This document shows, one piece after another, positions 25,688 through 37,662 of a stretch of 64,000 nucleotides of DNA (the stretch's first letter is position 1; each line of letters opens with the position of its first letter). Origin of the DNA: Eledone cirrhosa. Lineage: Eukaryota. Under the pieces are notes generated by a model that worked only from the letters and a program-made list of their open reading frames with translations, ran no database searches and was not told where the DNA came from. The stretch spans positions 107,942,001 to 108,006,000 of the forward strand of contig OZ024744.1 in NCBI GenBank assembly GCA_964016885.1, written 5' to 3'. Made by a program: the position numbers and the translations under genes.

Positions 25688-25690
<3 letters not shown>
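24910..25690. repeat. Fold-back plus direct-repeat element (Penelope pLTR-like architecture)
   Basis: 24910-25128 is inverted against ~25470-25687; ~25127-25168 is directly repeated at ~25649-25690; CTGAGGA...GAAA at 25447-25485. Confidence 0.8.
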
Positions 25691-25734
<44 letters not shown>

Positions 25735-25838
25735 TAGATATGTATGTATATGTGTGTGTATGTATGTTTATATTTATCTGTATGTATATGTATATATAAT
25801 TGTATTTTATATGCTTCTGTTGTATTTGTGCGTGTGTG

Positions 25839-25948
<110 letters not shown>

Positions 25949-25965
25949 TATATAATATATATATA

Positions 25966-26081
<116 letters not shown>

Positions 26082-26127
26082 ATGTATGTGTGTATATATA
26101 GATTTTGTATGTATGTGTGTATATATA

Positions 26128-27590
26128 GCCCTTGAGCCTGATAATATACCTACCCTGATTTGGACGGTTGAGCATTTCCACATCCTTTTGCTCAACTTAT
26201 GTAACCATAGTTTCGAGACCAATAAACCACCTAGCGTCTGGCATGCAGCTCAAATTATCCCCATGCCCAAAAAAGGAGATCTTTCTTTAGCCACCAACTA
26301 TAGAGGAATTTCTCTCATGGCAATTGCTGCAAAAATATACAAGCTTCTTCTTAACCGCTTAATCCCATCTCTTGAGCCAATCCTTCGTAACAACCAGAAT
26401 GGATTTAGGAGAGGTAGATCAACACTTAGCCAGATTCTCTGCCTTCGCCGACTTATAGAGGAGTCCCAAAACCGCAATCTAGACCTTGCACTCATCTTTG
26501 TTGATTTTTCAAAAGCCTTCGACTCAGTTGACAGGTCGGGGATGTTTGAAATTCTACAACTCTATGGGATTCCTGATAAAATCATCGCGGCCATACGTGT
26601 AATGTATACAGATACCAAATCAACTGTCCTGACCCCAGATGGGGAAACACCACCTTTCTCAATCCTCGCTGGAATTTTACAGGGCGATACCCTTGCTCCG
26701 TATCTATTTATCATTGTTGTGGATTATGTTTTGCGCATGTCTGTGGATAGGATTCAGGATAGGGGATACCAACTACAGCCTAGGAGAAGCTCACGCTACC
26801 CAGCAAAATACTTGAACGACACCGACTTTGCTGACGACATCGCATTGATCAGTCGGTCACTGGAAAATGCTGAGACTCTTTTGAGGTCATTAGAGCAAGC
26901 GTCCAACTGTGTTGGACTGTACCTCAACGAATCCAAGACTGAGTATGTGAACAGATGCGCAAGCAGCCCAAACTACCCCATCAGAACCCTTAATGGTACC
27001 ACCCTTAAGCAGGTGGAAGATTACAAGTATCTTGGCTCATATATCTCCTCCTCCAAAAAAGATTTTCTAACCAGGAAGGGTATGGCATGGTCAGCATGCA
27101 ATGACATGCACGCCATATGGACATCTCAACTTACCAATAAGCTAAAACTGGAAATATTCCAAGCAACCATTAAGCCCATATTACTTTATGGATCCGAAAC
27201 TTGGACACTAACATCACAACTTGAGAGGAGATTGGATGGCACATATACCCGCCTCTTAATGAGAGTGCAAAACCTATCCTGGAAACGATATCCCACCTTG
27301 TCTAAAATCTATGGCAAACTCCCTCGAGCCTCTGCCCTTCTAAAATCCCGGAGAGCTCAATTTGCTGGCCACTCTCACCGTGCCAGCAATGAAATCATAT
27401 CCGCTCTCTTGCTCGGGAACCCTGACTCCAGCCTGACTAGGAGTAGGAAGCTGTCATTCTCTGGCGTTATCTCTAGGGATACGGGAATCAGTAGACAGGA
27501 CCTGGGGGCAGCGATGGGGGACAGGGAATTCTGGGGCATGAGAGTGAGATCCATCATCTCGACAGTAGTCGACGAATGATGATGATGATG
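26128..27590 (+). mobile_element. RTE-like LINE, 5'-truncated, open RT frame, (GAT)n tail
   Basis: NYRGISL, QNGFRRGRST, FVDFSKAFD, GILQGDTLAP, FADD, YLGS, LLYGSETW; stop at 27579 followed by gatgatgatg. Confidence 0.9.
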
Positions 27591-28118
27591 ATATATAGAT
27601 TTAATGTGTGTGTGCGGGCGTGTGTATATTTGTGCGTGTATATGTATTTTTATATAATGGTTTTGTGTGTATATATATATAATAGCCTCAGAAACGGCTT
27701 GAGCTCTGCCGTGGGGTCAGGCTTTTTCCTATATGTGTGTGTATATATATGTATACGTATATGTATGTATGTGTGTGTGTATTTCTGTGGTTGTGTTTGT
27801 GTGTGTGTGTGTATGTATATATATGTATATGTATGTGTGTGTGCATATGCATAATTACATACAATGATTTAATGCTTATTTTCATTGATCATTTGCTCCA
27901 TGAACTTGTTGAGTGCTCTAAATCAGCTATAAACATTTATACCCTTTTCCAATTATTTTTTTATATATTATTTGTCGTATTCCCAACTTTTTATTTTTAT
28001 ATATACAATATTTATGTTTTTTTATATATATAATATTTATGTTTTTTCTTACATATATATATATATGTGTGTGTGTGTGTGTATGTATGCATATGTATGT
28101 GTATGTATATGTGTGTGT

Positions 28119-28158
<40 letters not shown>

Positions 28159-28159
28159 G

Positions 28160-28480
28160 ATATTAAATAAATGGAAACTATATTTATAAAACCATATTTA
28201 TTTCATTATATATATTTCAGGGATATCATATTAAAGTTGTAAGGTATGTCAAATCTATCTATTTATAAGACTGTTTATATTGTATTTTGTCTGATGAAGG
28301 CATACCATATTTTTAATATGATATCCCTGAAATATATATAATGAAATAAATATGGTTTTATAAATATAGTTTCCATTTATTTAATATCGTAAATATACTC
28401 CAAATACTTGTTGAGTGCTTTTATATCAGTTATAAATATTTACTCGTTGTAACCCAACAATTTAAATAAAACTTTGCATA
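28160..28480. repeat. Fold-back repeat with minimal HHR-like motif (CTGATGA 28291, GAAA 28329)
   Basis: ~28158-28235 is inverted against ~28313-28390; homologous to 14570-14710 (inverted) and 15000-15147. Confidence 0.75.
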
Positions 28481-28530
28481 TATATATATTTTCGGATTAT
28501 ATTACTGTGAGAGCCCTGGTTTTCTGTTGA

Positions 28531-28612
28531 GCTCTGCTGATGATTGAAATTCCAACCGTGACCATCTCCACTGAAAGTTTTCATGAAATAGTCTTTTAAG
28601 ACTATACAGAGC
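28531..28612 (+). ncRNA. Type I hammerhead ribozyme
   Basis: gctctg-CTGATGA-t-tgaaa...tttca-t-GAAA-tagtc-ttttaa-gacta-TA-cagagc; predicted cleavage after 28606. Confidence 0.88.
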
Positions 28613-29160
28613 ATTTGATGTTATTCCAAATTGAAGGATAAGTGTTTCAAACTTTATTTTATCATGAGTTAAAGGTCTATAGATTTTCCCTGGATTTTAC
28701 TAAATTCTGTGGATGAATTTATATCCTGATTCTCTTTTGAGATGAGTTTGAGTTATTTTTCCTAAATCTTTCGTTAACTACTTTTCCCATCTTGACGTTA
28801 TAGTCGCATATATGTTATAGAATGCCGTTAGCTTCTTGCTAAAACAATCTCTATACCTCTCATTTATATTTATACTCGGATTCTTTTCCTAGAGTGCTTA
28901 AACTATCTGTGACTAATCCCGGTTTTTTTCATAAAAACTGTGATAATTATTGCTATTTTGCTGAACTCCTTTGTAGAGTCTTTTTTCAGAATGTATTTGA
29001 CTGCTATTTCTTGTAAATAAACATTCACTTCCATCCTGACGTCACTAGCCCCGTTTTTTCCTCATGTGCTTTTTCATAAATACACATGAAGGCGAACTAG
29101 CCAGTTTTAGAATTCCCTTTTTCGGATTATATTACTGTGAGAGCCCTGGTTTTCTGTTGA

Positions 29161-29242
29161 GCTCTGCTGATGATTGAAATTCCAACCGTGACCATCTCCA
29201 CTGAAAGTTTTCATGAAATAGTCTTTTAAGACTATACAGAGC
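29161..29242 (+). ncRNA. Type I hammerhead ribozyme
   Basis: Identical to 28531-28612; predicted cleavage after 29236. Confidence 0.88.
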
Positions 29243-29519
29243 ATTTGATGTTATTCCAAATTGAAGAATAAGTGTTTCAAACTTTATTTTATCATGAGTT
29301 AAAGGTCTATAGATTTTCCCTGGATTTTACTAAATTCTGTGGATGAATTTATATCCTGATTCTCTTTTGAGATGAGTTTGAGTTATTTTTCCTAAATCTT
29401 TCGTTAACTACTTTTCCCATCTTGACGTTATAGTCGCATATATGTTATAGAATGCCGTTAGCTTCTTGTTAAAACAATCTCTATACCTCTCATTTATATA
29501 TATATATATATATATTTCT

Positions 29520-29620
29520 ATATAACTGCTCTGTAGAACAACTGATGTTATTACATTGAGCTATTTATCTTACTGGTAATAAGGTAGTAATGAATTACTG
29601 TCTTCCACTATTTAGGGTTT
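29520..29620 (+). repeat. ~100-bp interspersed repeat
   Basis: Inverted homolog at ~63089-63190 (gatgttattacattgagctatttatcttactggtaata). Confidence 0.75.
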
Positions 29621-29696
29621 AAAATATATATAACTATAAAAAGTTTTAGTATATACATAACCATAAATAGTATCTTCAATACTATATATATATATC

Positions 29697-29719
<23 letters not shown>

Positions 29720-29731
<12 letters not shown>

Positions 29732-30852
29732 ATATATATGTATCTATATATATTTTAGAGTTAAACAAGGTTCATATGAAAACATCTAAGAATGAGTTTT
29801 ACACACATACATATGTGTGTGTTTGTATTCGTATGTATGTGTTTGTGTTATGTATGTATATGTATGTGAATGTATGTATGGATATGTATGTATATATATA
29901 TGTATGTGTGTGTATATATGTATATGTGCGTGTGTGTGTGTGTATATATATGTGTATGCGTATGTATGTGTATATGTAATTGTATATGTATGTGTATGTG
30001 TTAGAGTGTGTGTATGTATTTATATTTACGTATGTATGTGTATGTGCAATTGTGTGTATTGCTTACCACGTGTGTTTGTACATTTATCTGTTGCCTGTAT
30101 CGCTGTCAACTTTATAATAATTTTTATATTCATTGTTATTCTTATGTGACGGTATTTTTATTATTATATTTTTTCTTATAATTATTTGTGTGTGAGTATG
30201 TAGGTGTGTATAAATGTATGTATGCGTGTATAAATGTGTGTATGCATGTGCATGTATGTACGTGTGTATATATGTATGATTGTGTGTATGTATGTATGTT
30301 TGTGTATATATATATATGTGTATGTATGTGTATGTATACATATATATATATATATCTGGGTGTATATATATATATATATGTATGTGTGTGTATGTATGTT
30401 TATGTATGTTCATATATATATATATATGTGTGTATGTATATGTGTGTGTGTATGCATGTTTGTGTATTTGTATGTATGTGTATGTATGGATATGTTGATG
30501 ATTTATGTGTGTATGTATGTATGTGTATTTGTATGTGTATTTGTATATATATATATACACATATATATGTGTGTGTGTGTATATATGTGTGTGTGTATGT
30601 ATGTATGTGTGTATGTATATATATGTGTATGTATATAATTGTGTGTGTGTGTGCGTGTGCATGTGTGTTTATTTTTCCTTTCCTTCTTCCTTTTCTAGCC
30701 TCACTTTCATATAGATTATATTTTTGTTTTTAAAATCCAATGCCAATAAATACACCAGGATTTTTTCATTCTGATGATTGAAAACAAAATTTGTTTGCTT
30801 TTAAGAAACCACTGGTAAATGAAATAATTGCCTTATGTTGTTTATTACATAA
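29720..30852 (+). repeat. ~1.1-kb HHR plus cryptic-microsatellite block, copy 2
   Basis: Reverse complement of 13083-14200. Confidence 0.85.
30765..30823 (+). ncRNA. Type I hammerhead ribozyme (short palindromic stem III)
   Basis: ttcatt-CTGATGA-stem II-GAAA-ccactgg-TA-aatgaa. Confidence 0.83.
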
Positions 30853-30863
30853 ATATATATGTA

Positions 30864-31006
30864 TGTATATAAATTTACAAAATTATTATTTAAAACATCT
30901 CAATCCAGAAGAGTGGGAATAACATTTAATGGATAACACTTACATGTTAATCCCAATCTTCTGGGTTATGATGTTTTAAATAATAATTTTGTAAATTTAT
31001 ATATAC
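30864..31006. repeat. Imperfect hairpin
   Basis: tatataaatttacaaaattattatttaaaacatc and its reverse complement flank a short loop. Confidence 0.8.
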
Positions 31007-31155
31007 ACTCGGCAAATTACCACAGGATTTACCAATTGGAATAATTCTTCTGTTGAATAAAACACTACTGTCAGCAGTCTCTGATTCTTGTTGAATAATA
31101 ATCAAATTGATTGATTACACTAACGAAAATCGAATAATATTATAATTCTCTGTAT

Positions 31156-31210
<55 letters not shown>

Positions 31211-31238
31211 CTAAAAAGCTTTCTCCGATATTGTGTTT

Positions 31239-31292
<54 letters not shown>

Positions 31293-31300
<8 letters not shown>

Positions 31301-31624
31301 ATACTTTGGGAGGGTCATGTTGCCAATAAGAAACACACGCACCCACCAGTTGCTTTCACTTCAATTTATTATAATAAATTTATAATAAATTTATAAATTT
31401 ATAAATTTCTGGTTGGCTGGTTGGTTCCACAACCAGATAGTTGTTTATATATAGTCATAGTTCTTTCGTCACACACTCTGTGACCTCTTCAGTGAAGCAA
31501 CCAACCAACCAGAAATTTATAAATTTATAAATTTATTATAAATTTATTAGAATAAATTGAAGTGAAAGCGACTGGTGCGTGTGTTTCTTATTGGCAACAT
31601 GACCCTCCCAAAGTATAACAATAT
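31293..31624. repeat. Fold-back repeat with ~135-bp arms
   Basis: ttgttatactttgggagggtcatgttgccaataagaaac and its reverse complement; spacer has CTGAAGA-ggtcac..gtgac-GAAA on the minus strand. Confidence 0.85.
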
Positions 31625-31679
31625 CGGTTTCAACACACGATTTCAGATAAAGAATCTTGGTAAAAAAAATTCAGAAACG

Positions 31680-31714
<35 letters not shown>

Positions 31715-31718
<4 letters not shown>

Positions 31719-34700
31719 AAAGGTAAACAGGAATAACAACACAATCGGTACAGTATATGGAAGGTATATATTAGGTTAACGCTTGATATAGCAGGAAGTG
31801 GGACTTAACGTTTCGGACGCTAGTCCTTCATCAGAAGAAAGAATGAGAAATAAAATAGATTAAGGGGACGGGCGGGATGGAATTGGAAAAAGATGTCTTT
31901 AGATAAATAGCTGTTGGTGCTGGCGTTTTGTGTATGATTTGTTTTTTTAGGAAAGTGGATGATGGCGCGCGTCTACCTGAAGTGGAAAAAAAAACCGTTT
32001 TGTAAAAAGAGCTATACTTGAGCACGTGCGTAAGCATGAGTGTGTGTGTGTGCGTGTGTGTTTTATTATAGGTCCGTACGAAGCTAAGAAGAAATGTGTG
32101 TGTATATGTGAGTAAAAGAGTGTGTGTGCATGTAAGTACGAAGCTATGAGAAAGCGATAGGAATCTAGGGGTGTGATAATGGACGGGGTATTAGAGAAAT
32201 TGGGGAGGTGAGTTGAGTCCAAGAGGGGAACAGGACCCAAGACGGTGAATCAGACTTTGTTTAGTTCTGATGCGCGTGGCCTCTGATCCATGATGTAAAA
32301 GGACACCCAGGACTGAAACATGTAGAGAAGAAAGACCAGGATAACAGAAATGACGGGCGACAGGGGTATCCAAACCGAGTCGTATGTCCCTCAAATGTTC
32401 GGCAAAACGGTCCGCCATACGGCGTCCCGTTTGTCCGATATATAAAGACCCGCAAAGGTAAAACCGGAGGGCATAGACAACGTGGGTGGATGTGCAGGTG
32501 AAGGAATGGCGGATACGGAAAGAGCCGTTAAAGACTGTAAGAGCGGTGAGGGTGGAAATAAAGGGTCAAGTGTTTCAGCGGGAACGGGAACAAGGATGAG
32601 AGCCGGGTGGAGTCGTGGGAGAGGACGAAAAAGAACTGCGAACCAGGAGGTCGCGGAGGTTTCGGGCGCGCTTAAAAGCAGTAATGGGTGGGTTTGGAAA
32701 AAAGCGAGAAATGACGGAGTCAGAAGAGAGGATACGGAAGGAACGGAGGATATGTCGCTGGAGTTGTAGGGTGATGGGGTGGTAGGTGAGAGGGAAAGGA
32801 ACAAGGGTGTTGGGAGGGCGGGGTGAGGTTAGAGGGCTGTGGTGCGGTCTGTTTCACGGGCGCGGGTGAGTGCAGCTTGGATCAAGGTGGGGGTATATCC
32901 ACGCTGGATGAAGCAGGAAGCCATGCGAAGGGAGTGGGTTTCGAAATCGTTGTCCTGGCTACAGAGTCGACGAAGACGGAGGAATTGGGAATAGGGTATG
33001 GAGTGTTTGGTGTGGGTTGGATGGGAGGAGGTGAAGTCGAGGTAGGACTGGGAATCTGTTGGTTTAATGTAGATAGAAGAGGAGAGGGTGTGGTGAGAGT
33101 GATTGATAGATAGAGATATATCTAGAAAAGCGACAGAAGAATAGGAGTCAGAGGCGGTGAAATTGAGAGCAGGATGGGAAGACTGGACAAAAGAAAGAAA
33201 ACAGTCGAGCTGTTCTCGTGATAGAGAGGTGGCGCCAATACAATCGTTGATATAACGACCGTATAGCTCAGGAGTCAGTCCAGCGTACTGCGAGAAGATC
33301 TGGGCTTCGACGTAACCAACAACAAGTTGGCATAGTTTGGACCTATTCTGGTCCCCAGAGACCTGTTGGTAAAATTCACCCGAAAAAGAAAATCCATTAA
33401 GGGTGAGAGAAAGCTCAGCCAGACGGAGAAGAGTGGTAGTGCTGGGGTAAGGGGTAGGGCGTAAATCTAAAAAATGCTGGAGAGCGCGGAGGCCGTCATC
33501 ATGGGGGATAACGGTATAGAGAGAAGTGATGTCCAGGGTAAAGAGAAGGCGGGAGGGACCAGGAGGGAAGGAGAAAGAGTTGAAAAGTCTAAGGGCATGA
33601 TTTGTATCGTGGATGTGGGAGGGGACATTACCGACCAACGGGGAGAGGAGGGTGTCTAAATATTCAGAAATTATCTCGGTGGGGCAGTTGCACGCAGAAA
33701 CGGTAGGACGGCCAGGATTATTTTGTTTGTGTATTTTGGGGAGGAAGTAGGTGGTGGGTGTGCGTGGGGAGCGTACAATAAAGTTGGTGGCTGTGGGGGG
33801 TAGGTGAGAGGGTGAGAGGAGGAGATGAGCTCGTGAATAGTGGAGGACAAGAGTTGTTGGTAGCCAGGAGTGGGGTCGGAGCATAAAGGGCGGTAAAAAA
33901 GGGTTATTGTGAAGCTGGCGGAGAGCCTCAGCTCTATAGAGGTCAGCGCTCCAAACCACCACAGCGCCACTTTTGTCAGCGGGTTTGATGACAATGTCAT
34001 CGCGACGCCGAAGGTTGCGAAGAGCGGAGAGCTCAGTCTGCGTAATGTTAGAGCGACGAGAATGCTGGTGGAAACGGAACCGATTCACAGTACGCCGGCA
34101 AGTATCGACAAAGGAGTCGAGGGTGCTGAACTGGCCAGAGCTCGGCGTCCAATGTGATTGCCGGCGACTGAGACGAGTGAAGTCATCCGTCTGTGTCGAT
34201 GATGGCGTGTCGGGGAAAAAAAGCTTTCAGCTTTAAACGACGGAAGAACCCTTCAATCTCAGCACGTGTGCGGAACTGGTCGCAGGTAGATGTGGTTGGT
34301 ATAAAACGCAAACCACGGGCGAGGAGGGAGCGCTCAGCTTCGGAGAGTGGTAGGTCCTGGGGTATGGTGACTACAGTGCAGGGACGTGAGGTAGAGAAAG
34401 AGGCGGAAGCGGAGGGGTCAAGGTGGTTGGGCAAAGCGTGTGCAGATTCAGTGGTGGGGAGAGGAAAGGGGGGGGGGGGGTAGTAGGTGACGGGGTAGAG
34501 GGGTTAGGGTAGGAGGTTATATGAGTATGGGTAGTGACGACAGGCGGGGAGCGGAGAGAGTCGAGTTTGTGGTTTTTTGCGGAAGTGAGGAAATTGAAAA
34601 GAGGCGATTGAGGTAAAGGATGAATTGGATAAGGGATTGGGTGAGGAAAGGGTGGCAAGTGGAGGAGAGATGGAAGTAGGCCTTGGTGAGATCTCGGTCG

Positions 34701-35085
34701 AGAGAACGGATTTGGGCGAGGGTTGATCGAATGGTCGCCCGCATGAGCTGGCGAGAGGAGCGGGTAAGGATGGGCTCAGTGGTGGGAGCAGAGTAAGAGG
34801 TGGGGTGAAACTTGAGGCGGAAACCGCGGGGCATGAGGTGGTGGTGGAGACAGCGACTTAAAAATGTGATGTGATTGTTGTATCGTGTTTTGGTGAAGAT
34901 GAGGTTGGAGAGATGCAGGGAGGATTGGATGCATATAGGGGTGGGGGTGGGGGTGGGGTTGGAGGAAGCGCTTGAGAGTAGAATGGAGCTGGCGGAGAAA
35001 TGATTTGAGATTGGGCATATTGAAGGTACTAGGGTGGGAGTGAAAAATAGACGGCTGAGAAGAATGTAGTTGAGGAAAAGTGGTA
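31715..35085 (-). mobile_element. Penelope-like element (N-terminus, RT, GIY-YIG, 3' pLTR), near full-length, frameshifted
   Basis: LSEAERSLLARGLRFIPT; IVIKPADK; LPKIHK; LDITSLYT; RYIND; FLDI; KPTD...HP...IPYSQFLRLRR; RFAEHL..PVARHF..P.GLN. Confidence 0.9.
31804..31837 (-). ncRNA. Minimal hammerhead ribozyme of the Penelope pLTR
   Basis: ctt-CTGATGA-a-ggac-tagc-gtcc-GAAA-cg-TT-aag, same strand as and 3' of the GIY-YIG region. Confidence 0.85.
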
Positions 35086-35086
35086 G

Positions 35087-35204
35087 AGGATGAAAGGCAA
35101 AGTTAACCTCGGCGGGATTTGAACTCAGATCATAAAGGGCTGTAACTCTATGCGTCAAAGCATGGCGTCCGACCCTCTACCAATACTGCCAATCCACCGC
35201 CCTT
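35087..35204 (-). mobile_element. tRNA-derived SINE head (Meta-domain-like), 3'-truncated
   Basis: A-box TGGCAGTATTGG, B-box GTTCAAATCC, then gccgaggttaactttgcctttcatcct. Confidence 0.8.
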
Positions 35205-35214
35205 GAGATATATA

Positions 35215-35323
35215 ATAATTGTTTCTACTTTAGGCACAAGGCCAGCAATTACCCAGTGCATTACTGGTACTTTATTTTATCGACCCCGTAAGGATGAAAG
35301 GTAAAGTCAACCTCGGCTGGAAT
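35215..35323 (-). mobile_element. SINE 3' half (same family)
   Basis: gccgaggttgactttacctttcatccttacggggtcgataaaataaagtaccag...cttgtgcctaaagtagaaacaattatt; another tail at ~36835-36900. Confidence 0.75.
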
Positions 35324-35419
35324 AATACAATGCTTACAGAACAAAAGCGCAGATATTATATAGGTGAAAGGGGAGGACAACCGAGCTGCGACCAGAGTAA
35401 AAGATAACAATATCGCGAG

Positions 35420-35792
35420 GAGCACTGGGAAACCTTGCGGTGTTACATCGGGTGATGGCGAGGCTGATGCGCTGGAACAACCAAGCACCCTGACGAGCTT
35501 CACCAGTTACCTCTGTTAGGCAAGTCGCCAGTGAAGATAGGAGTCTCGCAGTCAGTAGCCCGACTCCCTCAAACTTCTCGAACGCCGCAGGCGGCTGGAA
35601 AATGTAGTTGACCGACAGATCACCGTATTCTTAAGTTCTCTTGAGAATAAGGTTTAGTGATGCACGAAACGACTCGCATTCAGGTGGCAAGAAAGACCGT
35701 GGAGGCCAGTGGAGTCGAGGAGTTTGCCACATTGGCACCTCACACCTGTACAGATGTCAGCTCCCACTCTGGGAGCAATGGAGGCATGAAAT

Positions 35793-35793
<1 letters not shown>
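35420..35793 (-). mobile_element. CRE-clade fragment, same family as 287-1336, internally deleted
   Basis: [26 protein letters not shown]; DNA homology to ~760-910 joined directly to ~1125-1320. Confidence 0.85.
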
Positions 35794-35832
<39 letters not shown>

Positions 35833-35891
35833 AGGGCAATGCCCCAGCATTGCCTCAACCAGATGGCTGGAACAGGTAAAAGAGTAAAAGA

Positions 35892-35976
<85 letters not shown>

Positions 35977-36067
35977 TATACATATATATAAGCGAAAATA
36001 TTAATGAAAGAGTTACAAGCCATTAAAATATATTTACATAAAGCTGTTACATATGTTTCGTATCTTT

Positions 36068-36092
36068 TTATACCCGGCGTTGCTCGGAGTCA
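36068..36092 (+). mobile_element. Helentron/HINE-like terminal hairpin
   Basis: tacccggcgttgctcgg; similar motif actagc..ttacccggcgttgcctgggt at 63317-63347. Confidence 0.45.
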
Positions 36093-36350
36093 TTAAGTTA
36101 CCAAAGTTAGGTTGCACCACCCATTTTATGGCAGCACTTTTTTGTCTGCCAGGCACTAGGTGAATGAATTGCAGACCTGGAAGCAGGAGCTGCGCCAGCA
36201 GTGACAATTGTAGTTTCGCCTATGGATATTATCTCTGTGCAAAAAAGTGTTGAAATTTATTGTTTCACAGTACTTGCGCAACACGCGCGTAGACGATGCC
36301 AGCCGAACAACAGAGCTGCGATGGAGTTGTTCTGCATGGTTGTCTGTGTG

Positions 36351-36622
36351 TTTTCTAAATTTAAGAGAGTAGGGAGGGGCGTGATATGGGGGAGAGTTAG
36401 CTGCTGTTTCTAGCAGGTTTAGTAACCTCATAGAGGATATGTTTTCTAAATTTAAGACAGTAGGGAGTGGTGTGACATGGGGGAGAGTTAGCTGCTGTTT
36501 CTAGCAGGTTTAGTGACCTCATAGAAGATATGTTTTCTACATTTAAGACAGTAGGGAGGGGTATGATATGGGGGAGATTTAGCTGCTGTTTCTAACAGGT
36601 TTAGTGACCTCATAGAGGATAT
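36351..36622. repeat. 91-bp minisatellite x3
   Basis: Units start at 36351, 36442 and 36533 (ttttcta.atttaaga...gagagttagctgctgtttctagcaggtttag). Confidence 0.92.
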
Positions 36623-36910
36623 TATTGTTTATCATTATCTATAAAAGGCAGATTGTTGTTGTTGTTGTGTGTGTGCACATGTTCCATGTTTATACATTTT
36701 CACAATTTCAAACCGATTCGACTCAAAGTCTGTAAGAATCCACTTTCGTTGAGAGGTTTTAAAAAAGATTTATCGCTTGTTGTTGAATAAATGTATCTGT
36801 TGCTTTCGAATAATTGTCGTTTCGTATGAATTGTAATAATTGTTACTACTTTTTTGGCACAAGGCCAGCAAATTATCCAGTACATTACTGGTACTTTATG
36901 TAATAATAAA

Positions 36911-36984
<74 letters not shown>

Positions 36985-37592
36985 CCTCTCACTCTCTTCT
37001 CTCTCTCTCTTCGGCAATCACGCACGTTGTTTAATTGCTTTAAATGTGTGAGTGTGTGTTTGTATGTGTTTGTAAATAAATCAGTAAGTTTGAAGTATAA
37101 AAGAGAAAGTAGCAAAATGTGTGGGTTGCAGATAGAGGCAAGCAGATGATATGAGAGAGTAGAACGGACAGTATCACCATCAAGCTTGGAAAGAGAAAGT
37201 AGCAGAAAGTATGAAGTTGTATAGATTTTGAATGGTAATGGAAAGAGTTTAACAGTTTAAATGAGAGAGAAAATCGTAAAATATTGAGTTTTATCTATTT
37301 TTTGCGTAATCGTGGGTGAAATTGAAAAAATGAGATGTGCCAAGACGCAATCGAAACTATTTTGAATACTGAATTGTAAATTCCAATTGAAGAAATTCTA
37401 TATCGTAGATTTCTATAACAAAGGAGCATGTCCATACACTGAACTTTATAGATTATGATATATATATATATACATAATATTATAAAGCTGGGTGTCGTGT
37501 GTATTATTATTTTTTTTTTTTTCCATACAAGCGTTATTATTTAATATATTTTAGATCAGATATAAATATTTGTAGATCTTGATACTGAAGAC

Positions 37593-37658
<66 letters not shown>

Positions 37659-37662
<4 letters not shown>

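Larger units (their letters stand above)
28488..29496 (+). mobile_element. 1.6-mer partial tandem of the 630-bp HHR unit (A-B-A)
   Basis: 28488-28866 and 29118-29496 differ at only 2 positions that I could see; period exactly 630; (TA)n on both sides. Confidence 0.9.

Noticed and set aside
36351-36622. CRISPR-like array
   Set aside because: Whole units are repeated with no unique spacers; eukaryotic context; no cas genes
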